From the NCBI GenBank assembly GCA_045658425.1, contig JAZOVB010000231.1:1284-65283 (forward strand): 64,000 nucleotides of DNA, given 5' to 3'. The position numbers were made by a program, and so were the translations under genes. Numbering within the stretch: position 1 is the first letter of the stretch; each line of letters begins with the position of its first letter. This document shows positions 28,869-40,323 of this stretch, piece after piece. Under the pieces are notes generated by a model. It was not told where the DNA came from, ran no database searches, and saw only the letters and a program-made list of their open reading frames with translations. Origin of the DNA: Clostridia bacterium. Its GTDB lineage: Bacteria; Bacillota; Clostridia; UMGS1840; HGM11507.

Positions 28869-30071
28869 TTACTCAACAGGTTCAAAATATGTAACATCAA
28901 TTGTGAATGAAGAGTTAGAGGATGCATCCAGTCCTGCATGTACTGCTACATATTCACCCTTAGTATCTTCACTATAAGAAATTCTAACAGTCAGGTTAAA
29001 ATCATCTTTTCCAGTAAATTCAGAAGCATTTAAAATAACATCTGCATATTTATCAAAAGTGTTAACTCTCTGTTGATTCTGGCCTGCAAATGGACTTAAA
29101 TCAAAATATTTAATATCAATACTTCCGATATTTGCACCTTTTTCAAAAAATCCTTTATATGAATTTGATGTTGTCCAATTATAAACGCATTTGAATATAT
29201 CCAATTTAGCAGTTACATCTTCACGTATTGTATGTCGAGCATATAAATTGAGTTTAACATCGGTGCTGACAAATTTTTCAGGAAGTTTGGAAGTATCCAT
29301 CATAATATTTAGTTCTGATGTAGAACCACCGTAAAAATCATTCATTGTTTTAAAAGTTTTAATGTCTTTTGCCTCCATAGATGTATCAACAGTATAACTG
29401 TATGCAGAATTTGTTTTTACAGTATTTTTACTAATAGATAATGTTGCCTGTTTTAACTCAACAAGGGTAACAGTATAAGTTTTAGTTTCTGCACCATTTT
29501 CTACAAGAACAGTTAAAATATTATCCTCTACTGATTTCGTTACTGAGGCATTTTCATCAACAGGAGTTACACTTACTGAATCTTCTGAAAGTGTAATGTT
29601 GTTTTCCGCATTATAAAGGTAATATTCAGTTGTTTCGCTGTTAAATTCAGGATAAACTGTTCCTATTTCCGATGAAATTGTGCCTAAAGAAGCATCGGAT
29701 TTAACTGACATTTCAGTTTCGTTAACAGAAATCACATCCGCTTCTTCTCTTCCCTTAGCATTCACTGCATAAGGCGTAACATCATAAATTCCGCCAAACA
29801 GATTATTGCGGTCAGCAAGTCCGATTATAAACTTATTACCGTAATTTTTTGATTGGGTATATTGTTCCGGCTCAAGTTTATAATCCTTACCATCTACAGA
29901 CAATCCGACTTCGGTATCTCCCTCGTCAAAAGTACCTGCAAAATATACCCATTCTTCTCCGTTTTCGTCTGTCGCTTTAAACCAATAGTTAATTGTAACA
30001 GCTGCAAACGATGTGATTGCTATTGACATTGTAAGAACAACTGCAATCACAAGACATAATAATTTTTTCAT
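28869..30071 (-). CDS. secreted protein with a cadherin-like beta-sandwich domain
   Basis: 400 aa with a signal peptide. SDASLGTISSEIGTVYPEFNSETTEYYL is typical of the cadherin-like beta-sandwich domain found in clostridial surface proteins. Confidence 0.55.
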   Translation of the reverse strand: MKKLLCLVIAVVLTMSIAITSFAAVTINYWFKATDENGEEWVYFAGTFDEGDTEVGLSVDGKDYKLEPEQYTQSKNYGNKFIIGLADRNNLFGGIYDVTPYAVNAKGREEADVISVNETEMSVKSDASLGTISSEIGTVYPEFNSETTEYYLYNAENNITLSEDSVSVTPVDENASVTKSVEDNILTVLVENGAETKTYTVTLVELKQATLSISKNTVKTNSAYSYTVDTSMEAKDIKTFKTMNDFYGGSTSELNIMMDTSKLPEKFVSTDVKLNLYARHTIREDVTAKLDIFKCVYNWTTSNSYKGFFEKGANIGSIDIKYFDLSPFAGQNQQRVNTFDKYADVILNASEFTGKDDFNLTVRISYSEDTKGEYVAVHAGLDASSNSSFTIDVTYFEPVE

Positions 30072-30094
30072 TATTATCTCATCCTTTCTTTTTT

Positions 30095-32692
30095 TTATTT
30101 TTTTATTATAACCATATTGGTCATAGTTCTTGATATAACCTGTGCAATAATAATATCTTCAACTTCAATATCGCTTACATCAGCTGTGGAAACCCGATAT
30201 GAATTTCCGACTTTTTCAACTTTTGCATATTTATATGAACCGCTTGTCAGATACTTCTGATCAGCAACACCATCAGAAGATAAAGTAATAAATTTATCTG
30301 TTACAGAGGAAACTTCTCTTACAAAAATACGGTCTGCTGCACCGAAGGACTCGGAATTATCCGTTGCAGTAAATATCCCTGATTTATAATAAACAGAAAA
30401 GTTTTTAAGAAGTCCTGATACATTAACTGTATAAGTTATTACATCTCCTGCCTGAAGTTGAGATGGAGTATATGCAACATCATTGTATGTATATGTTACA
30501 TTGTCAAGTTCATCATAATCTACATAAGATTCGTTTCCTGATTGAACAAATCGAATTCTTTTAAGGTTTTCTCCGTTATCTGAAATAACCTCGGTTACCT
30601 TTGTTACTACACAAAGAGCAGTCTTGGCAGGTACTGTACCGCCTGTTCCTGACATACCCTTTACAATGACAGCCTCTGCTTCCTCTCCATCAGGATTGCT
30701 TACATAGCCTGACACTGTATATTCGTCCAAACTTATAAAATCATCTGTATTCAATATTCCAAACTGTCTTTCGTCTGCTGTTAAAGGATTGTCAGGAATT
30801 GCAAAAATCGGTGCTCCCGCTGCAATATACATATCATAATTAAAGCATCCGTAATTTGATATGAAAGTTCTTTCTTTCAACGTCCATTTTTCCTCAATGG
30901 TTTTAACATCGGAAGATGTTCCCTCAACCGCAATAGATATTACAGTATCATCATTAACAGTTATATATGTCATTTTTTCCAACTTATATGTTTGTGACAA
31001 TGTATCAAGAGTACCTATAAGTTTTAATAAATCTTCTTCGCCGGAATATTCTCTTCTTGTACCGTTTACCTTCAATTTGTCAGAAAATTTAAAACTTTTC
31101 ATTTCACCTGAAGAAGTATAAAACTTACCGTATATTACATCTTCGTTTTCAACTGTTCTTGTTACGGTATTTATAAGATATGCGTATTCACCGTCTGAGA
31201 TTTTCTGATGTTCTGCAAAAGCTATTTTACCCATATAATCAAGATATAACGTGACATTGTCACCGGGACGGAACTTTGCAATATAAGAAGTCTCACAAAG
31301 GGAATTATATTCGTATTCTGTACCTGAAATAATTATCTTGTTTTCGGAATAATCTGCTTGTTCTATCCAGCCATTTACAGTCTTTGCTGTTACAAAAAGA
31401 CTTGTTATATTATCAGATTTCATTTCGGTTACAACAGAATTTTCTCTTATCTGAGAAAAAGAAATTTCCTTATCATTGTCACAATCATAAATCGACACTT
31501 TCATATCACGGCTGTCTGCAATAATTTTCTTGGTATAATCATTCTTATCAGTCAATATATAGTCATCTTCTGAAACATTTCCTACTCTGATATTTTTTGT
31601 AACACTGTCTATATGCACAATATCATATTCAGAATTATTTGCCGTTGATATAAGTGTGAACTCACCGTAAATAACACTATCGAAAATACCTTCAAAATAT
31701 TTTTTTGTTTCTCCGTTTACAATATAAGAAGCATGTTTTGAAACATATATTGATTTAATGTTATCGTTTTCATCATAGTAAGATAAATTATTATTTGTAA
31801 AAGAAATATATTTTTCAGTTCTTACAGAAACCGTTTTATTATCGGTTTCTTTTATATATATAATATAATTTTTATTGACTTCTTTATCCAGTCTGTATAT
31901 ATATCTTACATTTTTACCTACTATATCCGGTATAGACTGAGTGTCAATATAATAATTAACATAATCTATTATAATCTGATTTTCACTCGCAAGTGACGAA
32001 TTCTTAATTGCTGAAAATTCATCAGCTACTGCAAGTCCTTCTTCTCTTTTTAAGTTGAAATATTTCATCATAACAGTTGTTCCGTCAGATGAATAAATAT
32101 TATTTTCCCCAGAAATACCGACAATGTCTCTTACTTCAACATCTAGTAAATTATCAATAATTTTTGCAACAACATCCCTCGTTGCATAATTTGCCATTGA
32201 AATCGAAATTCCTTTTAAAATACCGAGTTGATTTGCTGCTAACAAATAACCAGTCGGATAACCTCCGCCTGCATCTGCAAGATATTTATATCCCGAAAGT
32301 TTAACAGCTACCGCAAAAACTTCTCCTATTGTGATTCTTTCATCCGGCTTAAAGATATTGTTCTCATATCCGGTCATATATCCCATCTGAGCTACTGAAT
32401 TTATTGAATTATAATTCGGATGTTCTTTAGGCACATCCATAAAGTACCCTTTTTCTGCAGGTTGTGAAGGATCAAGAATTCTCATTATAATCTCAGAGAA
32501 TTCACCTCTTGTTACTTCTTTTTCAGGATTAAAGGTTATTTCATCATCATAACCTTCCATTATTCCGAGTAAATCCATAATTTCTATGGATTCAGGGAAG
32601 GAACATTCTTCTATATCTTCATAGAAGAATGCATAAGCTGTATTAAGAGGAATAATACATAATATAAGAAATAAACATAAAATTTTTTTCAT
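30095..32692 (-). CDS. large surface protein with N-terminal SLH domains
   Basis: Signal peptide MKKILCLFLILCIIPLNTAYA, then SLH text (GYDDEITFNPEKEVTRGEFSEII; GYENNIFKPDERITIGEVFAVAV). Start chosen at 32692 (GGAGGGG RBS); the track ORF extends to 32719. Confidence 0.7.
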   Translation of the reverse strand: MKKILCLFLILCIIPLNTAYAFFYEDIEECSFPESIEIMDLLGIMEGYDDEITFNPEKEVTRGEFSEIIMRILDPSQPAEKGYFMDVPKEHPNYNSINSVAQMGYMTGYENNIFKPDERITIGEVFAVAVKLSGYKYLADAGGGYPTGYLLAANQLGILKGISISMANYATRDVVAKIIDNLLDVEVRDIVGISGENNIYSSDGTTVMMKYFNLKREEGLAVADEFSAIKNSSLASENQIIIDYVNYYIDTQSIPDIVGKNVRYIYRLDKEVNKNYIIYIKETDNKTVSVRTEKYISFTNNNLSYYDENDNIKSIYVSKHASYIVNGETKKYFEGIFDSVIYGEFTLISTANNSEYDIVHIDSVTKNIRVGNVSEDDYILTDKNDYTKKIIADSRDMKVSIYDCDNDKEISFSQIRENSVVTEMKSDNITSLFVTAKTVNGWIEQADYSENKIIISGTEYEYNSLCETSYIAKFRPGDNVTLYLDYMGKIAFAEHQKISDGEYAYLINTVTRTVENEDVIYGKFYTSSGEMKSFKFSDKLKVNGTRREYSGEEDLLKLIGTLDTLSQTYKLEKMTYITVNDDTVISIAVEGTSSDVKTIEEKWTLKERTFISNYGCFNYDMYIAAGAPIFAIPDNPLTADERQFGILNTDDFISLDEYTVSGYVSNPDGEEAEAVIVKGMSGTGGTVPAKTALCVVTKVTEVISDNGENLKRIRFVQSGNESYVDYDELDNVTYTYNDVAYTPSQLQAGDVITYTVNVSGLLKNFSVYYKSGIFTATDNSESFGAADRIFVREVSSVTDKFITLSSDGVADQKYLTSGSYKYAKVEKVGNSYRVSTADVSDIEVEDIIIAQVISRTMTNMVIIKK

Positions 32693-32693
32693 A

Positions 32694-34469
32694 CTATTTC
32701 CCCTCCTTAACAGCATCAAGCATTCTTTGTATTATAACCGCCGCTTCCGCTCTTGTGGCATTGTTTTGGGGACGGAAAGTCCTGTCTTCGTAGCCTGAAA
32801 TAACGTTAAGTTCGGAAAGATAAAGAACACTGTTTTTAGCATAGTCAGAAACTAAGTCATAATCTTCAAATATATTTTTTACACTTGAAACACCAAAAAG
32901 TTGACCTGTATGTAACATAGCACGGTATACAACCGCTGAAATTTCCTGTCTTGTAATTGAATCTGAAGGAGCAAAAGTCCTTTCGCTTTTTCCGGAAATA
33001 ATTCCATTGCTATATAAAGAGGCAATATATTTATATCCCCAGTAATCTTTATTTACATCATCAAAATCACAATCTGAATTTTCATTTGTAAAGTTTAAGG
33101 ATTCGCTGAGCATTTTTATAAATTCAGCACGTGTTATATTATCTTCAGGACAAAATAATCCAGTTTGTTTTCCAGATACAATTCCTTTGTCTGCTAAATT
33201 ATTTACAGCTTCTTCCGCCCATTTAACACTTTCCAAATCAGAAAAATTTACAGTAACTGTTTCAATTGGTTCAGGGATGACATCATCTGCATCTTTTGGA
33301 ACAGAAACTGTGTTCGATGCTCCCGTGGATATTCCTCCTCCACCACCTCCGGAACTGCCTTTTGATGGAACTCCGGGGATAATTAAAGGCGGAACAATAA
33401 TATTACTATTGTTTACGGCATAATTCAAAACACTCTTGAAAGACTCTAAAGAGTTCACAGTTCCATTTTCCACCTGACTCATAATATAACTTAAAACTCC
33501 GTTATAAATATAAGTATTAGAAGACAAATTATTAAGTTTTGATATATCCTGCGGACTGTTTATCAATCCCTCATAGTCTGTCATAAAATCAGGAAGACTG
33601 TCAAAATGCGACAGTTTGCTCAGAGAATTAATAAACAAACTTTCTTCAAAAGCCGATAATACATCAGATAAAGAATTTACATTTTTTATCCCTGATAAAA
33701 CTGTTTCTTTTGCCGAAATTGTCAAAGAATCATAATTTGCATAATAGTTACTTGAAGAAAGATTAAGTATATCCTGATAACGTAATGCAATTTCTGATTT
33801 TATTTTACCTGATGCAGAAGAACCGATTCCCAATACTGCGGTTTCTTCTTTAAACAAATCAATGAATTTTTTTACTGAAGACTCGGTTAATTTTGAAAGC
33901 ACATTTGATGAAATCAAATTCTGAGTTTCTTCGGGAAGTTTTGCATAAATTTCCGTTTCCGAATTTATACCATAATCTTTACCGTTTAATAATTTTGAAG
34001 AAAGCTCCTCAGGTTCGTTTATTTCTTTGTTATATACACTATTTACAAGTCCCTTGATGTTTTTTACATCAGATATATAAATTGTGTCTTCTATAACAAT
34101 ATCCTCTGCACCATACACCATTATCCTTATTGTATAATTTCCCTCAGTTTCTTCTTTAGATACATTGAATGTAAAGGAATACGAGCCATCTGAATTTATA
34201 AAGCCCTGATGTATAACGGCAAATTTTTCCTTTATGCTAAGATTGGAATTTATATCAACATCCGGTCTTAATAAACTTAAAGTAATTCTTTTATTGGCAT
34301 ATTTTGAATCCGAAGTTCCTGTAACGGTAACTTCGCTATAAATATCACTTTCGCTTTCAACTGTTCTCGATTCGGAATTTATAGTGAAATTTTCTGTATT
34401 TACTGCAAATGATGGAAAAGAGAGAGTCATTGCAAGAGTTAATATACTGATAATAAAAATTTTTTTCAT
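32694..34469 (-). CDS. surface protein with a poly-Gly linker and three C-terminal SLH domains
   Basis: 591 aa with a signal peptide. SSGGGGGGIS linker, then SGKQTGLFCPEDNITRAEFIKML, SGKSERTFAPSDSITRQEISAVV, GYEDRTFRPQNNATRAEAAVII. Confidence 0.75.
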   Translation of the reverse strand: MKKIFIISILTLAMTLSFPSFAVNTENFTINSESRTVESESDIYSEVTVTGTSDSKYANKRITLSLLRPDVDINSNLSIKEKFAVIHQGFINSDGSYSFTFNVSKEETEGNYTIRIMVYGAEDIVIEDTIYISDVKNIKGLVNSVYNKEINEPEELSSKLLNGKDYGINSETEIYAKLPEETQNLISSNVLSKLTESSVKKFIDLFKEETAVLGIGSSASGKIKSEIALRYQDILNLSSSNYYANYDSLTISAKETVLSGIKNVNSLSDVLSAFEESLFINSLSKLSHFDSLPDFMTDYEGLINSPQDISKLNNLSSNTYIYNGVLSYIMSQVENGTVNSLESFKSVLNYAVNNSNIIVPPLIIPGVPSKGSSGGGGGGISTGASNTVSVPKDADDVIPEPIETVTVNFSDLESVKWAEEAVNNLADKGIVSGKQTGLFCPEDNITRAEFIKMLSESLNFTNENSDCDFDDVNKDYWGYKYIASLYSNGIISGKSERTFAPSDSITRQEISAVVYRAMLHTGQLFGVSSVKNIFEDYDLVSDYAKNSVLYLSELNVISGYEDRTFRPQNNATRAEAAVIIQRMLDAVKEGK

Positions 34470-34480
34470 TTTCTCCCTCC

Positions 34481-37400
34481 TTATTTAATAAATCTTATTT
34501 CGTAAATGTTGTTCCACGCATTTTTACTATTACCATTAAGTACAATTTTCACATATTTTGCTTTAACAGGAGCAAAATCGGTACTATCAAAATCCGCTGT
34601 GAGACCGCTTGACGAACCACTGAATATACTTGTATAGTTCTCTCCGTTTTGAGATGTTAAAACATCATAATACGCCTGTCTTGTATCCCCTTGTGCCCAT
34701 TTAATCTGAACATCTTTAAGCACTTCTTCATTTTCAAATACAAAATAAATTTCTTTTCCTTCTCCTTCAACAGTAAATGCTGAACTGACATTTAAATCAA
34801 ATATATTTTCAAGTCCTGAAAAATTAGAATATGCCATATTAAGTTTAATAATAGTCGTATCAGATGGTATATTCATATCCTTTGCATATACAAAAGCTTG
34901 TGCATCTACATTTATTAAAGATGCAAACGGAGTATATTTATATTCAAAATTAAAAACAGAAGCTAACTTGTCGGCATTTACGTAAAAGCCGTTGTCGGTT
35001 TTTAGTAGTCCGTCATTTGTATTTAAAATATATTCTTTACCGACATAATTAATCTTTACTTCGTTGTCACTTAAAATTTCAAATGTTCCATTACATAGTT
35101 CTACATAATTATCAATAGGAAAATAAACTATTCCTTCTATATCTATCGGAGGTGTTTTTAAATCATAAAGAATATTATTATATTTAAGTTTTATATAATT
35201 TTCTTTATCTTCTCCGTACCAATCAAAACCTACCCATTTTTTCTTTTCTGTTTTATTGGAATAATATTTTAGAGTATATTCTCCGTAACCTCCGTTAAAG
35301 GTAAGAGTACCTCCCTTTTCAGATACGATTGCCTTTGTTATTTCCCTGCCGTCCTTCAATACGGACCAGGTGCCCGCTTTAAGTCCGTCAACCATATATG
35401 TTTTTTCATTATATTCTGATTTATCCGAACTTATGGTGACATTCTTAGAAGTTCTCGTCTCGTTTTTGCTAAGATATACAACTCTGTCCTTTATTTCTAC
35501 TCCATAATATTTTTCAGTTTCATACAGTTTGCTCTTAAGAGGCTCAATATCCTCTGATGCATCAGAAACCTGAAGAACATTTATAAAATAATCTGTTTTT
35601 TGTTTCGTTTTCGGTGAAATTTCAAGTCTCCAGTTTCCGTAATCATAAAGATGGTCTACTGATGAAGTCTTATTTACACCGCTTACAAAGAACTCTTTAC
35701 CCGGTCCGCCTATTTTTTCAATTTCAGGATTTTTTGGAAGAAGAGTTTCGTTAATAAGTCTTCCTGAATTACCTGAGTCGGTTCTTACCGCAGTCTGAAT
35801 GTTGCCGTTAATCTCAGGTTCGTTCGATGTGTGAAGAAGCCATATTTTTTCAAATTCTTCTCCCGCGGTTACCTTATCAAACACTATTAGTGCTCCCGGA
35901 ATATCTTCATCAAAAAGATTAAGAAAAGCAAATGCTCTTGTAAACTTTTCGCAGTCGCCGGCGTATGCATTTGTTAAGTCACCTTTTGAATATGTATAGT
36001 GAGGTGCTATACTGTCACCCCCATAATCATATCCAAGGTGAGTACCTATTCTGGTTTTTTCTTTCATATCGTTAAGAGTTCTTATTGTTTCGGAAAGTAC
36101 GTTATTCGACTGACCGCCGTGCAAAAGATGATCGCCCTTATAATAAACCCTTTCTTTATCAGGATTATATATAAGCATTGAATTGTGAGCTATTGTCTGT
36201 TTATAATAGCCGTAATCGTGTTCGCTTCCAAAGGTTACATATCTCCCTGAATCCAGCGCAAGCATCCCTTTATAATAAATCTGAAAACTTCCTGCATCAT
36301 AATGCTCGTGAGATTTATAAAAATTCTGCGGCAATTTCATAAAAACAAGCATATCAGGAGATGTAAGCCCGTCATTCCAACCTGTTCTTGCTACGGTTAT
36401 TCCCTGATTTACTCCCATAAACGCTGATAAAGGAAATCCTTTTGTAGATTTAGCTTTAACGGAAGGGTCTTCAAAAATAAGCTGATGAACAGGAGTAGCT
36501 ACATTAACATCCCAGCCCGAATTTCTTCCGTCTGTAAGATTACGGTAATATTCCTCTTTTAAGTATGGATTTTTATAGTAATTTGCGGCAAGGTATGTAG
36601 CGGATTTAAAGATTGTATTAAATCCGTTATATAAAGGTGTATCATCACCGTTTTTAAAATACCCTCCGCTTGGAAGACGATGATATATCATTCCGATAAA
36701 TTTATTCTGAAATTCCTCACTTACAAGATTCGGTGCACCCATTTTATCTAAAAGCAAGGGCATAAAAAATTCATACAGGCTTCTTGAACCTCCGTAATAA
36801 CTTCCTGTCGGATCACTTAAACTGTCTTTATATATATAATTTTTTGTAGGAACGAATTCATTTAATATTCTTCCTCCGACAATATTATATAAATCCGGAT
36901 ACTCGTCATATATTGCAATAGCAAATGCAAGCTGGAATTTCATAAAATCCGATTCGCTTGAATGTCCTATATTATATGCAAGTTCTGCCATTTTCGGAGG
37001 ATATCCGAATTCGCTTGCTTGAGTCAAAACAAGTCCTTTTTCCAGTATTTCTTTTTTCTCTTCGTCACTTAACAATGGATAACACCAGTCATAAACCTCT
37101 GCAGAAACAAGTACAACAAGTCCGCCTTGTCTTGATATATTCATAAGACTGCTTCCGCTCATATCAAGAGTACGATAGTATGCTATCATACCGTCAACAG
37201 CCTTTCTGCCTGCAATTTCATCCCCGTTTACAAGATACAAAAGAGCATTAGACTCAATGTAACTTAAAGGAGTTACTGAATAGTTTGAAGCCCCCCCCTC
37301 TTTAAGTTCAGGAAGAATGCATATAGATGGCTCAAGTTCTGATGCACTTAGAACTCTTTCGTAAGCATTTTTTGTTTCAATGCAAGAAAAGTTTTGTTTT

Positions 37401-38044
37401 ATTTTCGGAATATCTTCTTTATTTACAAGCACTCTTGGATGCTCTTTTTTAGGAACAAAAGACGGAAGCGGAATATTGGCATATAATTCTTCGCCATTGT
37501 TATAATCTTTCGGAGTATATAAATCTCCTTTTGGAACTACTCCCATACCAACAGGAGCATAACCTATAGCATTTGTTATTATTACCTTATCTATCACAAC
37601 GCCTGCTTTTCTATAATGAATTTTAAATGTATTAAGCCCTTCTTCTATCTTGTAGTTTGCTCTTAACCAGACATATTCTTTGCCTTCGGTAACATTATAT
37701 GTATATCCGCTGTTATTCATAGCAAGAAAGAATGACTGGTCACTCTCTTTAGCTGTACGGGCTCTTAAATAAACAGTATAAGTACCGCTTTGGGTTGCAT
37801 CAAATGTATATGAAACCGGCACATCCAAAAGATCGGCAGGAGGTGTGTTTGTGTTTCCGATTGTTGCTATTATCGCCTTGCCTCCTGATGCATTTTCGTC
37901 ATCTATTATGTCAAAACCGCTTAGTATTTTTACCTCATCGCTTTCCAATTCAAACATAAAGAAATTTGTTTTATGCTCCGCGAAAGCAACTACAGATATA
38001 TTAAATAACAATATCATTGCTAATATAAAACTTATCTTCTTCAT
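34481..38044 (-). CDS. giant secreted heparinase II/III-like protein with an N-terminal CBM-like and a C-terminal F5/8 type C (discoidin) domain
   Basis: 1187 aa. SHEHYDAGSFQIYYKGMLALDSGRYVTFGSEHDYGYYKQTIAHNSMLIY parallels the 25.5-kb paralog. The C-terminal KAKYVKIVLNGNSKNAWNNIYEIRFIK is discoidin-like. Confidence 0.7.
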   Translation of the reverse strand: MKKISFILAMILLFNISVVAFAEHKTNFFMFELESDEVKILSGFDIIDDENASGGKAIIATIGNTNTPPADLLDVPVSYTFDATQSGTYTVYLRARTAKESDQSFFLAMNNSGYTYNVTEGKEYVWLRANYKIEEGLNTFKIHYRKAGVVIDKVIITNAIGYAPVGMGVVPKGDLYTPKDYNNGEELYANIPLPSFVPKKEHPRVLVNKEDIPKIKQNFSCIETKNAYERVLSASELEPSICILPELKEGGASNYSVTPLSYIESNALLYLVNGDEIAGRKAVDGMIAYYRTLDMSGSSLMNISRQGGLVVLVSAEVYDWCYPLLSDEEKKEILEKGLVLTQASEFGYPPKMAELAYNIGHSSESDFMKFQLAFAIAIYDEYPDLYNIVGGRILNEFVPTKNYIYKDSLSDPTGSYYGGSRSLYEFFMPLLLDKMGAPNLVSEEFQNKFIGMIYHRLPSGGYFKNGDDTPLYNGFNTIFKSATYLAANYYKNPYLKEEYYRNLTDGRNSGWDVNVATPVHQLIFEDPSVKAKSTKGFPLSAFMGVNQGITVARTGWNDGLTSPDMLVFMKLPQNFYKSHEHYDAGSFQIYYKGMLALDSGRYVTFGSEHDYGYYKQTIAHNSMLIYNPDKERVYYKGDHLLHGGQSNNVLSETIRTLNDMKEKTRIGTHLGYDYGGDSIAPHYTYSKGDLTNAYAGDCEKFTRAFAFLNLFDEDIPGALIVFDKVTAGEEFEKIWLLHTSNEPEINGNIQTAVRTDSGNSGRLINETLLPKNPEIEKIGGPGKEFFVSGVNKTSSVDHLYDYGNWRLEISPKTKQKTDYFINVLQVSDASEDIEPLKSKLYETEKYYGVEIKDRVVYLSKNETRTSKNVTISSDKSEYNEKTYMVDGLKAGTWSVLKDGREITKAIVSEKGGTLTFNGGYGEYTLKYYSNKTEKKKWVGFDWYGEDKENYIKLKYNNILYDLKTPPIDIEGIVYFPIDNYVELCNGTFEILSDNEVKINYVGKEYILNTNDGLLKTDNGFYVNADKLASVFNFEYKYTPFASLINVDAQAFVYAKDMNIPSDTTIIKLNMAYSNFSGLENIFDLNVSSAFTVEGEGKEIYFVFENEEVLKDVQIKWAQGDTRQAYYDVLTSQNGENYTSIFSGSSSGLTADFDSTDFAPVKAKYVKIVLNGNSKNAWNNIYEIRFIK

Positions 38045-38056
38045 TTTTTCTCCTTT

Positions 38057-39253
38057 TTAATTCTCAGCCGTAACAAATTCTATGTACGGAAGTTTGTCCG
38101 GATCGGTAATCTGAATCTGAACATAAGGTTTTGAAGTGATATATTCATATACAAGATTTATATTTAATACTTCCTTATTTTTTATCCAGTTTAAATCTAA
38201 TGGTAATTCATATTTTCTAAACACTTTATCTGCAGGTACAACTACATCTTCAGTACTGATTTTAGCAGTAGTATCAACATCAGGGCCTTTTTGCCCTTCA
38301 TTTTCATACCAATCGGATGCTGCCTCAAATGCTCTTATTGTAACTGCATCGGCTGTATTGTTTGCATGAGCATAAAATACAAGTTTTGCACTTTCTAACG
38401 GAAATTCCAAAGGAATTTTTGGTATATCAAAGGAAAAAAAGCTATTTCTCGACGAACCGGAATAAAGTTCACCTGTACTTCTTATTGTAATATTTGAAGA
38501 AAAAGGACCTCCATATAAACCTTTTATAGTCCACGATGTGGATAACCAATTCTTTTCCCCTAAACGCGATGTAAGTTGATTTTCAATTTCCGTAATCACA
38601 TTAATTCCGAATTTCTTTTCTGTTCCAGAATGAGAATAACTTTTTATCTCAAAATTACCAAAATAACCTGACAAAGGAGGAATGGTAATATTTGTTCCCA
38701 AATCCTTGGCACTTGCTTGAATTTTATCCGGTAGAATATCTTTTCCCAAAATCAAATTCAAATCAAAATCAGTGTTGTCATCATCGGGATAAATCGTATT
38801 ATTCCCTACCGTCACTGTGTGCAAAGAAGCATCTTCATTCCCAAAATACGCAGGAGAAGTCAATGGTTCCATTTTTATTAAATCCTTAAAAACAAAGAAG
38901 GCTATTTCTATTCCCGAAACATCATCAGGACAAGTGTATGAAATGCTTTGTTCTTCACTCTCGATATTCGCTTCCGCTTTAAGGGGCAGACTTATTACAT
39001 CTTCCAACAGGTAATTATTATATACAACAAGCGCTGCAAAAAATTCAAATTCTCCCTCAAGCGACTCAGCACCTTTATATTTAAATGTTGCTTTAATAGT
39101 TTCTTCGGGGGTTAAGGTGTTTGCCTTATTTCCTTCCGAATCAACATATTCAAATTCAGTAATTATTATCCTTTCCTCTTCTGCAAAAGCAGACACATTA
39201 AACAATGAAAGTATAATAATAACCATAAACATCATATTTATTATTCTTTTCAT
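38057..39253 (-). CDS. secreted hypothetical protein (possible carbohydrate-binding accessory protein)
   Basis: 398 aa with a signal peptide. The C-terminal AKLVFYAHANNTADAVTIRAFEAASDWYE loosely resembles the C-terminus of 28869..30071. No confident family. Confidence 0.4.
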   Translation of the reverse strand: MKRIINMMFMVIIILSLFNVSAFAEEERIIITEFEYVDSEGNKANTLTPEETIKATFKYKGAESLEGEFEFFAALVVYNNYLLEDVISLPLKAEANIESEEQSISYTCPDDVSGIEIAFFVFKDLIKMEPLTSPAYFGNEDASLHTVTVGNNTIYPDDDNTDFDLNLILGKDILPDKIQASAKDLGTNITIPPLSGYFGNFEIKSYSHSGTEKKFGINVITEIENQLTSRLGEKNWLSTSWTIKGLYGGPFSSNITIRSTGELYSGSSRNSFFSFDIPKIPLEFPLESAKLVFYAHANNTADAVTIRAFEAASDWYENEGQKGPDVDTTAKISTEDVVVPADKVFRKYELPLDLNWIKNKEVLNINLVYEYITSKPYVQIQITDPDKLPYIEFVTAEN

Positions 39254-39275
39254 TTTTATCCTCCTTACAAACTTT

Positions 39276-40097
39276 TTATTTTAAACTCGATTTATATTCT
39301 CTCGGTGTACAATTTATTATTTTTTTAAAATTTTCATTAAAAGAACGTATAGATTCAAATCCGGTATAAAGTGCTATCTCACTCATACTGTAATCCGTTG
39401 TCTGCAAAAATTCACAGGCTTTGGAAATTCGTATATTATTAACATACTTTTTAAATGTTGTTCCCGTAAACTCTCCAAATAATTTCGAAACATATTTTGG
39501 TGTATAATTAACAACTTTTGATATACTTTCTAAATTCAATAATTCATCATAATTTTCATCAATATATTTAAGTAAAATCTGAAATTTGGCAAACATAACA
39601 GTTCTTGAAAGTTCTTTTGCTTTATTATCCTTATAATAAGAAAGCAGTATTGACCACAATTTTATCATTTCGCTTTGAACAACGATTCCCGAATATTCAT
39701 TTTTTTCTTCAGTCCACTTTGCCATACTGTCAAAAATTAAATTCAGCTCATCGTATATACTATTTTCAATTAAAGATTGTTTTGTTATATGCGCTTTTAC
39801 ATGTTCGCTGTTTGTAAAAAATTTACTTAAAACACTTGCTCCGACTATAACCACATCAACATATCCTTCTTCTTGCGGAATCAAAGAGTGTGTCGAACCG
39901 CTGTCGAAGACCAAGATATCTCCTGTCTTTGCTGTAAACTCCATATTATTGTACCAAACTTTATATGTCCCCTTTATAATATGGAAAATCTCCAATCCCC
40001 GTTGCCAGTGCAATGGTGACATATAGTCCGTTTTATGGACAATACGTACAAAACTATATTCGCTCTTACTGTTTTCTGCTATAACTTTCATTTTCAT
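39276..40097 (-). CDS. AraC-family transcriptional regulator (cupin sensor + HTH)
   Basis: The C-terminal YTPKYVSKLFGEFTGTTFKKYVNNIRISKACEFLQTTDYSMSEIALYTGFESIRSFNENFKK is a classic AraC dual HTH. Start at 40097 or 40091 after GGGAGG; the track ORF extends to 40139. Confidence 0.85.
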   Translation of the reverse strand: MKMKVIAENSKSEYSFVRIVHKTDYMSPLHWQRGLEIFHIIKGTYKVWYNNMEFTAKTGDILVFDSGSTHSLIPQEEGYVDVVIVGASVLSKFFTNSEHVKAHITKQSLIENSIYDELNLIFDSMAKWTEEKNEYSGIVVQSEMIKLWSILLSYYKDNKAKELSRTVMFAKFQILLKYIDENYDELLNLESISKVVNYTPKYVSKLFGEFTGTTFKKYVNNIRISKACEFLQTTDYSMSEIALYTGFESIRSFNENFKKIINCTPREYKSSLK

Positions 40098-40323
40098 ATA
40101 CCTCCCAAAAAAGATATATTTATTGTACCACATTGTCACAAACTAAACCCTGTTTAGGCGAATTTAATTTTTTATTTCAACTATAGTATATCAAAAAAAC
40201 AATTTTAAATAAAGCGAAAAAGCCCTTTAAAATAGCGAAATTTCCCAATAGATATTTTTTTAATTGATTTTTCAAAAAAAACAAGTAAAATGGAGTTATA
40301 AAATTAACAGGAGGAATTACAAA

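Noticed and set aside
33330-33365. GC-rich CCTCCTCCACCACCTCCGG stretch
   Set aside because: It simply encodes the SSGGGGGG linker of the SLH protein on the minus strand and is not a regulatory repeat.
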